A stretch of DNA of 32,000 nucleotides, from the NCBI GenBank assembly GCA_020632335.1, contig JACKFV010000002.1, forward strand, positions 1-32,000. The letters are read 5' to 3'. Positions 16,706 through 23,682 of this stretch are shown piece by piece. The notes beneath the pieces are model-generated. The model did no database searches. It was not told where the DNA came from and worked only from the letters and a program-made list of their open reading frames with translations. Source of the stretch: Candidatus Saccharimonadota bacterium (GTDB lineage: Bacteria > Patescibacteriota > Gracilibacteria > UBA4473). The position numbers were made by a program, and so were the translations under genes. Within the stretch, counting starts at the first letter, position 1. Each line of letters begins with the position of its first letter.

Positions 16706-17935
16706 ATGGCAAAGAGCTCTGTACTCACGGCACTCGACATCGGGTCTTCACGGATCCGTGCAGTGGTAGCAACGGTAGACGAGCGGCGCAACATTGTGAA
16801 TATCATCGGTGTGGGGAGTGCCCCCAGTGAGGGCGTACGCAAGGGCCGCATAACGGATATAGAAGAGGCGGCGGTGAACATCTCCACCGCGCTAGAGGAG
16901 GCCGAACGCATGAGTGGCCGGCAGATCCTCAACGCCTATACTAGTGTGAGCGGGCCCTTCATCCGCACCGACGACTGCCAGGGGGTCGTGGCCATTAATG
17001 GTCAGAATGCTGAGATAACCGAGAACGACGTGGACCGGGTAATAGACGCCGCGCGCAGTGTGAGTATGCCTGCCAACCGGGAGATCCTCAAGATCCTCCC
17101 CAAGCGCTTTGCGGTGGATAGCCAGCACGGAGTGAAGTACCCCGTGGGCATGAGCGGGATCCGGCTGGAGGTAGAGGCGCACATTGTGAGTGGGGAGACG
17201 GGCGCTATCCGCAATCTGGAGAAAACGCTCTACCACACGGGTGTGAACGTGACCGAAGTGGTGCCCAGTATGCTGGCCTGTAGCGAGAGCGTGCTGGACC
17301 GCAAGCAGAAGGACTTGGGGTGCGTGCTCATCGAGATAGGGGCGTGCAGTACCAACGTGGTGGTGTATGAGGAGGGCACAGTACTGTACTCGGCGGTGCT
17401 GCCGGTGGGGGGCGAACACGTGACCAATGACCTGGCCATTGGCCTGCGCTGCGCGGTAGATACCGCCGAGCAGGTCAAGCTGAAGTACGGTACGGCGGAC
17501 CCCGCAGACGTCTCAGACCGCTATATGGTAGACCTGGGGAGCGTCTCGAACACTGACATTCACACCGTGGAGGGGGCTTTTATCGCCAAGATAATCGAGG
17601 CGCGGTACTACGAGATCTTCATGCTGGTGAAGGACGAGCTACAGCAGATCGGCCGTGATGGCATGCTGCCGGCCGGCGCGGTGCTGTGTGGAGGCGGGGT
17701 GAAGGTGCCGGGGCTGGTGGAGCTCTCCCGTGAGGTGCTGGGGCTGCCGGTGAAGATCGGCACACCAAAAGATATCGAGGGCATCCTCGACCGCGCGCAA
17801 GACCCCGCTTATTCGAGTGTCATCGGGCTTTTGCACTATGCGCATCGGCACGGGGTACAGCGGAGTTTCTGGGACTTTAACATGGGCGGCGCGTTCCGCT
17901 CGGTGATGGATTTTTTCAAGAGTTTACTACCCTAA
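16706..17935 (+). CDS. ftsA: Cell division protein FtsA
   Basis: Actin-like ATPase signatures [31 protein letters not shown] and [12 protein letters not shown], and the gene lies immediately upstream of ftsZ. An alternative GTG start at 16682 is preceded by the purine-rich GGGGACGAGG. Confidence 0.9.
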   Translation: MAKSSVLTALDIGSSRIRAVVATVDERRNIVNIIGVGSAPSEGVRKGRITDIEEAAVNISTALEEAERMSGRQILNAYTSVSGPFIRTDDCQGVVAINGQNAEITENDVDRVIDAARSVSMPANREILKILPKRFAVDSQHGVKYPVGMSGIRLEVEAHIVSGETGAIRNLEKTLYHTGVNVTEVVPSMLACSESVLDRKQKDLGCVLIEIGACSTNVVVYEEGTVLYSAVLPVGGEHVTNDLAIGLRCAVDTAEQVKLKYGTADPADVSDRYMVDLGSVSNTDIHTVEGAFIAKIIEARYYEIFMLVKDELQQIGRDGMLPAGAVLCGGGVKVPGLVELSREVLGLPVKIGTPKDIEGILDRAQDPAYSSVIGLLHYAHRHGVQRSFWDFNMGGAFRSVMDFFKSLLP

Positions 17936-17940
17936 TTCCT

Positions 17941-19125
17941 ATGAAGGACATTCTGAGAACGGCTATGGAGCAGAAGAAGGTGGCAGAGCGCATCGCGAGT
18001 ACTAAGCCCGCTACAGCGCCCAAGCTCACCCCTATGCAGATGCCCACCGCGACGCCCGTGGCGAACATCAAGGTGATTGGCGTGGGGGGGGGAGGCAATA
18101 ATGCCATCACGCGCATGGTGCAGAGCGACATGGAGAACGTGGAGTTCATCGCCATTAATACTGACGCGCAGGCGCTCTACCATAGTCCTGCAGCGACGAA
18201 GATCCACATCGGGCGAGAGATCACCAAGGGCCTGGGCGCGGGAGCCAACCCCGAGACCGGGCGGCATGCGGCGGATGAATCAGCGGAGGAGATAAAAGAG
18301 GCACTGAAGGGCGCGGATATGGTGTTCATCACGGCAGGGATGGGGGGCGGCACGGGCACAGGGGCAGCGCCGGTAGTGGCCAGTATTGCTCGCGGCCTCG
18401 GGGCACTGACGGTAGGCATTGTGACAAAGCCCTTTAGCTTTGAGGGTCAAGCGCGGCAGAAGAAGGCGCATAATGGCCTGGAGGAGCTGAAGGCCAGTGT
18501 GGATACGCTTATTACCATCCCGAATGACCGCATCCTCAGTATCATCGACCGCAAAACGCCCATAACCGATGCCTTCAGCGTGGTGGACGAAGTACTGCGT
18601 AACGGGGTGCAGGGCATTGCGGATCTCATACAGATACATGGGCTGGTGAATGTGGACTTTGCCGACGTGCGGAGCGTGATGAAGGATGCGGGCACGGCGC
18701 TGATGGGGATAGGCTATGGTGCGGGGGAGACGCGCGCCACGGATGCCGCCAAGGCCGCGATAGAGTCGCCACTGCTGGAGCAGAGCATTAGCGGCGCAAA
18801 GGGGATCCTCTTTAACATCACCGGGGGAGCGGACCTCAGCATGTATGAGGTAGATGAGGCGTCGCGGCTGATCACTGAGAATGCTGACCCGGACGCGAAT
18901 ATTATTTTTGGTGCGGTGATGAATGAGGACTACACGGGCGAGATCAAGATCACCGTGGTGGCTACGGGCTTTGCGGAGAGTGCGGAGAAAAAGGACGGCC
19001 ACGCGAGCCTGATGCGCAAGGCCTTCGGTGGGGGCACGAGAGCAGAGACAGCTCCGCGACGTGGCCCCAGTATGGAGGAAGACGAGCTGGATACCCCTGC
19101 ATTCCTGCGGAATAAGATGCGCTAA
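17941..19125 (+). CDS. ftsZ: Cell division GTPase FtsZ
   Basis: [14 protein letters not shown], the tubulin signature [13 protein letters not shown] and NVDFADV. The gene starts 5 nt after the ftsA stop. Confidence 0.95.
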   Translation: MKDILRTAMEQKKVAERIASTKPATAPKLTPMQMPTATPVANIKVIGVGGGGNNAITRMVQSDMENVEFIAINTDAQALYHSPAATKIHIGREITKGLGAGANPETGRHAADESAEEIKEALKGADMVFITAGMGGGTGTGAAPVVASIARGLGALTVGIVTKPFSFEGQARQKKAHNGLEELKASVDTLITIPNDRILSIIDRKTPITDAFSVVDEVLRNGVQGIADLIQIHGLVNVDFADVRSVMKDAGTALMGIGYGAGETRATDAAKAAIESPLLEQSISGAKGILFNITGGADLSMYEVDEASRLITENADPDANIIFGAVMNEDYTGEIKITVVATGFAESAEKKDGHASLMRKAFGGGTRAETAPRRGPSMEEDELDTPAFLRNKMR

Positions 19126-19151
19126 GGGTACTCTTTTACTGTCTCTTGCCC

Positions 19152-19187
19152 TGAAAAAAGTGCCCGCTCACAAGGAGTCAGGCACTT
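19152..19187 (-). terminator. Rho-independent terminator downstream of the MFS gene (possibly also serving ftsZ)
   Basis: On the minus strand, AAGTGCC (19187..19181) pairs with GGCACTT (19164..19158), with an internal CTC/GAG pairing. A T6 run follows, seen as the plus-strand A-run at 19154..19159. The element lies between the convergent ftsZ and MFS stop codons. Confidence 0.6.
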
Positions 19188-19195
19188 ATCACAGG

Positions 19196-20461
19196 TCATT
19201 GCGAGCGCGCAGGGGTATTTGTCTGATGCGCCGCAAAAGACACAGAGCCTCCCTGCCCACCATTATGGGGGGTCTTCCACATCTGTTTAATGGCGATGGC
19301 GCTGAGTACCAGCATGAGGAGAGCTGTGAGGAAATAGGCGGTCTGGAGGCTCCAGGTGTCGGTCATCAGGCCAAAGAGTGGCAGGTATAGCATCTGCGAT
19401 AGCTGCCCCATCAGTGATTTCATGCTGAGGGTGGTGGCGCGCTCTTGGCTGCGGGTATGCTCATGGATCACCCTATTGGTCCAGAGGGGGAAGAGTTCCC
19501 GTGGTATCTGGAAGATAGCGGGCAAGAGCACTGCCCAGAGCGGCGTTACCTCCAGCAGTGCCATGAGGAAAAAGCCGCCACACACGATGGCCACAATGCC
19601 CCAGGGCACCCTCTTCTCGCCCAGCAGCCGCATGAGCCAGGGGCTGAGCAGACTGCTCAGTGCCGCCAGCAGGTTATACCCCGCTAGCGCATAGCCGAAC
19701 CACACTATCGGCACATGGTGCACCTCCCAGTAAGGATTCAGCGTATGGAAGGAGAGTTTCATCCCCACGCCTATCCCCATGGCAAAGAGCATCAGCCACC
19801 ACACCAAGCGCGAGGATCGTAGCGTCCCCACTGCCCGGAGTGCGTAGCTGAGCATAGGGGGCCGTTCATGCGCGGCGTCATGGAGGCGCGGTTCTGTGAG
19901 CCACCACTGGAGCCCTGCTGTGATGACAGAGAACCCCAGGGCCACCCAGAGCAGACTGCGCATACCATAGTGGAGGGCGATAATGCCTGCCCCTGCAGTA
20001 GCCACCACAGCTGCAGCACGCTCAATGGTGCGGAGCCGGGAGGCGACCACGGGGTATCGCTCTCTCGCATTACCCTCCAGGAGAGAGTCTTAGAGCAGGG
20101 CGTCATCAGCACCGGACTCCAGCGCAAGCCCGAGTCCAGCAATTACCTGGCTCAGGATAATCCCCCCAAAGCTCTGTGAGAGCGCAAATAGCAGGATCCC
20201 TATAGCATGGATACCCCGCCCCAGTAGGAGCGATGTCCGCCGGCCGTACTTATCGGCTACGATGCCCGTGGGCACCTCCAGCAGCACAAGAGACGCCGCA
20301 AAGGCTGCCTCGCCCAGCATGACCTGCGTCATACTCATACCGATGAGCTGCAGCTGGTAGAGCACCATAATCGGCGCCCAGCAGTTCCCCAGCCCCATGA
20401 AGAGACTGGTCAGGTACAGCAGCGGGATATTCCGCAGGCTGCGCGTAGTTGTTGTTGTCAT
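19196..20461 (-). pseudogene. MFS transporter, a single 1266-nt reading frame interrupted by one in-frame TAA (20092..20090)
   Basis: ORFs 20090..20461 (MFS N-terminus with motif A GIVADKYGRR) and 19196..20050 (the remaining TM helices) are in the same frame. The 13 codons between them read DSLLEGNARERYP with no further stop. Confidence 0.6.
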
Positions 20462-20633
20462 AGTTTTCTAATTTTGAAGTGAAAAAATATGGAAGTAATA
20501 ATCGACACGAAGAAGCGTCAAAGACCAGATACCTCCCTACCAGTGTAGTGAGGTAAAGCGTTCTATAGTGACTACAGGGGGTAACCAGCGCCACTATGCT
20601 CTGGACTGTACTATAGGTTGTTAGACTTGTCAA
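20462..20633 (-). promoter_or_regulatory. Promoter (TTGACA-N17-TACAGT) plus a 143-nt leader upstream of the MFS gene; candidate cis-regulatory RNA (module A)
   Basis: On the minus strand, TTGACA lies at 20633..20628 and TACAGT at 20610..20605. The leader contains an 11-bp hairpin, TACCTCACTAC-ACTG-GTAGGGAGGTA (20555..20530). It ends in a TATTTTTTCAC box 17 nt before the ATG. It is homologous in layout and partly in sequence to 29072..29255. Confidence 0.5.
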
Positions 20634-20639
20634 GCGGTT

Positions 20640-22601
20640 TTACGCAGCGCCATAGAGGGAGAGCGTGCTGAGGAACTCTCGCTCAAAGTCCGCGGGGACG
20701 AGTGCTCCCACGGCGTAGTAGTCTATCTCGTGAGTTTTTTGGGCGTGGTAGCCTTCTCGCATTTGACGGTCAGTATGGGCTTGTCGCATGATCTGGGAGA
20801 AATCAAATACCTGGATATTGGCCCTGTAGCACGCGTCGAGGAAATGGTGCATGTCCTCTTGCGTCCCGGCGAGATTCACCATACCGTAGAAGCAGTCTGT
20901 GTAGTGTACCTGTCCATCAGCATCTTCAAGCGTATTAGCATGAAAGAGCGGCTGATGAGAGTGCCCCCCAATGCTGATACCCAGCTGTGCCAGAGCGTTC
21001 GCCATAGACCCCAGTGGTTTGCTAGGGTCAGCAATGACTACCACTTTCTTCCGTCGGTAGGCTTCCTCTGCTTCTCTATGAGAAAGCGGCGGCTTGTCTT
21101 CTTTCATCATGGGGAAGAGCACCACGTCACGCAGGTTCGGCTGGGTGGTGAGCAGCGCCACCAGGCGGTCTATACCCATGCCAAAGCCGGTCATCGGCGG
21201 CATACCGTGCTCCATTGCGGTGAGGAACTCCTCATTGACTTCCATGGCTTCCTCATCACCGGCGTCCTTGGCCGCGGCCTGCTCCTCCAGTAGCTGGCGT
21301 TGCGTGCGTGGGTCGATGAGCTCGCCATAGGCGTTCATGATCTCCCATCCGGCCAACACCAGCTGATAGCACTCGCTGGTACCGTCGCCATTAGGCCGCG
21401 CGAGGGGTTTGAGCTCCGTGGGGTAGTGCATCACATAGGTGGGTTGCACCAGGTGCGGGCGGGCTGATTTCTTATAGATGTAGTCCAGCAGGTTGGCGCG
21501 GCTGGTCTTCTCGGCCTCATTGGCGGGCAGATGGTACTGCTCTACGGCCATGGTACGCACCGTCTCATCACTGGCGGAGAAGATATCTAGCCCCGCGTGG
21601 ACCAGCAGCAGCTCGGCAAAGTTTACCTGCGGGAAGGCAGCGCTGGCGTCGATGAGTACGGGCTGGCCCTGCTTATCTAGCACGGTGAACTGCCGGGTAC
21701 CGAGGCACTCATCCAGCAGGGTGTGGAAGAGCCGCTGCATCTCTTGCATGCTCCAGTGCATGTCTTTATAGGCGGCGTACCACTCCAGCATGGTGAATTC
21801 TTGCAGGTGTGAGGGGTCAGTGCCCTCATTCCGGAAGCATTTGCCGATCTCATACACCCGCTCGAACCGGCCCGTCATGGCGAGTTTATGGTCTATCTCC
21901 AGCGCAATGCGCAGCACCATAGGGGTATCCAGCGCGTTGTGGTGCGTCTCAAACACCCTGGCCAGCGCTCCGCCGGTTTGTAGGCCAAGGGTGCGCGTCT
22001 CTATCTCGGTGAAGTCTCGCTCGTCGAGGAAGCGGCGTATGGTGCGGATCACCTTACTCCGCAGCTGGAACCGCGCATAGGTATCCTCATTACTCAGCAG
22101 GTCTAGGTAGCGCTGGCGGTAGCTGGCCTCGGTATCCGTCAGGCCGTGGAACTTCTCTGGTAGTGGCAGCAGGGCCTTACTCAGTGGAGTGATGGTGCGT
22201 GCCATGAGCGTGGGTTCGCCTTTCCTCGTGATGAAGAACTCGCCACCAAAGCCACAGAAGTCCCCCATATCTAGCAGGCGGAGCATCTGCGGCATAGTGT
22301 CACCCAGGACCTCCCCATTCAGGCAGATCTGCAGGCTGCCACTGGCGTCTTGCAGCCGGAGGAAGGCGAGCTTGCCCATCTCGCGCATCTGCGTGATCCT
22401 CCCACAGACTCGCGCCGCATCATGGCAGTCGGCCGTCACCGCCTCCACGGGCCTGAGAGGTTCTCTCTCACACACAGTAATGGCCTGTAGCGCGGTGTGC
22501 GTGCGGTCGTAGTGCTTGGCATAGGTATAGCCGAGGAGCTGCTGCCAGGCCTCGGCTTTCTGTAGGCGGACGGTGCGCTGGTCTCGGGCGTGGGTGGTCA
22601 T
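20640..22601 (-). CDS. lysS: Lysine--tRNA ligase (class II) with an additional C-terminal domain of about 150 aa
   Basis: OB-fold N-domain, class II motifs (FRNEG, GFGMGIDRLV) and a canonical end at ...LRDVVLFPMMK, followed by 153 extra residues. The start at the MTTHARDQ ATG (22601) is supported by CATACT exactly 6 nt upstream. The longer ORF to 22769 overlaps the divergent promoter. Confidence 0.9.
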   Translation of the reverse strand: MTTHARDQRTVRLQKAEAWQQLLGYTYAKHYDRTHTALQAITVCEREPLRPVEAVTADCHDAARVCGRITQMREMGKLAFLRLQDASGSLQICLNGEVLGDTMPQMLRLLDMGDFCGFGGEFFITRKGEPTLMARTITPLSKALLPLPEKFHGLTDTEASYRQRYLDLLSNEDTYARFQLRSKVIRTIRRFLDERDFTEIETRTLGLQTGGALARVFETHHNALDTPMVLRIALEIDHKLAMTGRFERVYEIGKCFRNEGTDPSHLQEFTMLEWYAAYKDMHWSMQEMQRLFHTLLDECLGTRQFTVLDKQGQPVLIDASAAFPQVNFAELLLVHAGLDIFSASDETVRTMAVEQYHLPANEAEKTSRANLLDYIYKKSARPHLVQPTYVMHYPTELKPLARPNGDGTSECYQLVLAGWEIMNAYGELIDPRTQRQLLEEQAAAKDAGDEEAMEVNEEFLTAMEHGMPPMTGFGMGIDRLVALLTTQPNLRDVVLFPMMKEDKPPLSHREAEEAYRRKKVVVIADPSKPLGSMANALAQLGISIGGHSHQPLFHANTLEDADGQVHYTDCFYGMVNLAGTQEDMHHFLDACYRANIQVFDFSQIMRQAHTDRQMREGYHAQKTHEIDYYAVGALVPADFEREFLSTLSLYGAA

Positions 22602-22607
22602 GCGCGC

Positions 22608-22664
22608 AGTATGCGGATTCCTGCCCTGCTGGCAAGTTGACCGGGGGGAGTTTGCCGCTAGGGT
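22608..22664. promoter_or_regulatory. Back-to-back divergent leaderless-type promoters of lysS (minus) and the DUF1653 gene (plus)
   Basis: Minus strand: TTGCCA (22635..22630)-N16-CATACT (22613..22608)-GCGCGC-ATG (22601). Plus strand: TTGACC (22637..22642)-N16-TAGGGT (22659..22664)-AGGGGT-ATG (22671). Confidence 0.55.
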
Positions 22665-22670
22665 AGGGGT

Positions 22671-22907
22671 ATGAGAGAGACTCTGCCGGCGCTGGAGACT
22701 CGGGTGGTCCCCGGCACCTACCGCCACTATAAGGGGAGGCTCTATGAGGTCATCGGCATGGGCCACCACAGCGAGACATTGGAGGTGCTGGTGTTCTATC
22801 GGTCACTGGCGGAGGGGACGCTCTGGGCACGGCCAGCCAGTATGTGGAGCGAAATGGTGGAGTGGGAGGGGCAGCAGTGCCGGCGCTTCACCCGGGTGGA
22901 GGAATGA
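22671..22907 (+). CDS. DUF1653-domain protein
   Basis: 78-aa ORF. GTYRHYKGRLYEVIGMGHHSETLEVLVFYRSL...LWARPASMW matches my recollection of the DUF1653 pattern (Y.HYKG..Y.V...A.HSET.E..V.Y..L...W.RP..MF). Confidence 0.75.
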   Translation: MRETLPALETRVVPGTYRHYKGRLYEVIGMGHHSETLEVLVFYRSLAEGTLWARPASMWSEMVEWEGQQCRRFTRVEE

Positions 22908-22918
22908 GTAGGCACGGG

Positions 22919-22956
22919 AAAAAGGTACTTACTCACATGAATAAGCACCTTTTTTT
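22919..22956. terminator. Bidirectional rho-independent terminator
   Basis: GGTACTTA (22924..22931) pairs with TAAGCACC (22942..22949) with one mismatch. The hairpin is flanked by A5 on the left and T7 on the right. It lies between the DUF1653 gene and the convergent orphan ORF. Confidence 0.6.
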
Positions 22957-23031
22957 GTTTTGGAATGGCTGCTATAGAATATGCAGCCAGTTACCGTTGT
23001 CAGCATTGGAGGAGGAAAACATCCTCTTTAC

Positions 23032-23466
23032 TCATTTCTCGATCGGATAGTAACCAGGCTCGTATTGGTTTTTTTCGACACATTCTATTATGGTCGATAT
23101 AGCAGACAGACTACATTTTTTTGCTCTATTAACATCAGTGAAAGAACCGCCACTTACCCTATAATATGGTCTAGGTAGTATTATATCATCTTTGTGTGGT
23201 TCTAGAAGAGTAGCTAGTCGTGCCCTCAGTGCCGTTTTCTCTATCCGATTGCCGTTTTCTGTATCTACTACAATCTCTAGGAATGTGTACTGTGCTGTTC
23301 CCAAAAGAATAGTTGTTATTGGGTGACAGACTTCGTAAATGACTACATGAACTTCTAGGCCTTTTAGAGCTAGTTGTTCGTAGAACTTTTTTATTATTTT
23401 TTCTTTGTAATCATTAGGGGTAAAAATTCTTTGTAGCCATGAGGCTACTGTCATAAAAAATTTCAT
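23032..23466 (-). CDS. Hypothetical protein (orphan, encoded in an AT-rich islet)
   Basis: It is the only long ORF in the AT-rich segment at about 22910..23660. The 144-aa sequence is protein-like (MKFFMTVASWLQRIF...) and matches no family I recognise. Confidence 0.5.
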   Translation of the reverse strand: MKFFMTVASWLQRIFTPNDYKEKIIKKFYEQLALKGLEVHVVIYEVCHPITTILLGTAQYTFLEIVVDTENGNRIEKTALRARLATLLEPHKDDIILPRPYYRVSGGSFTDVNRAKKCSLSAISTIIECVEKNQYEPGYYPIEK

Positions 23467-23648
23467 ATTTTTTTTGGTTTTAATGAATGAAGAAATATCC
23501 CAACTCGCAGCAATGCTGCCAGCTGAGCTATTTCCTCATCATTTCCTCTTCCGCTATATAAGAGAGCCAGCACCCCACCACAGTGGGACGCAGCCTCACA
23601 ATAACCCATATATATATATTGTCAAGTGTTTGTGGGGGAGAATCTCAC

Positions 23649-23676
23649 TTGCATAGCAGGCTCTTTGTAGCATACT
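23649..23676 (+). promoter_or_regulatory. argS promoter, leaderless type (TTGCAT-N16-CATACT, then 6 nt to the ATG)
   Basis: TTGCAT lies at 23649..23654 and CATACT at 23671..23676, followed by GCGGCT and the ATG at 23683. Confidence 0.55.
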
Positions 23677-23682
23677 GCGGCT

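Noticed and set aside
17941-18060. FtsZ appears to have an N-terminal extension of about 40 aa before the [10 protein letters not shown] core; the alternative start is Met32 at 18034.
   Set aside because: I cannot distinguish the starts without Shine-Dalgarno signals. The upstream ATG, 5 nt after the ftsA stop, is compatible with coupling. This is not strong enough to report as unusual.
20090-20092. Genome-wide stop-codon reassignment (TAA as sense, or TGA as Gly as in some candidate phyla).
   Set aside because: TAA ends ftsA, trmD, glyQS, lysS and cassette gene 1. TGA ends the OFOR alpha gene and the DUF1653 gene. TAG ends rplY, der and VIT. No conserved gene other than the MFS gene contains an internal stop, so the standard code fits.
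22602-22769. N-terminally extended versions of ORFs in the track: lysS to 22769, priA to 14626, OFOR beta to 10283, cysteine desulfurase to 1608, ATPase B from 4884, VIT from 14532.
   Set aside because: The extensions are compositionally implausible, overlap divergent genes or contain the predicted promoter hexamers. The conserved N-termini begin at internal ATGs.
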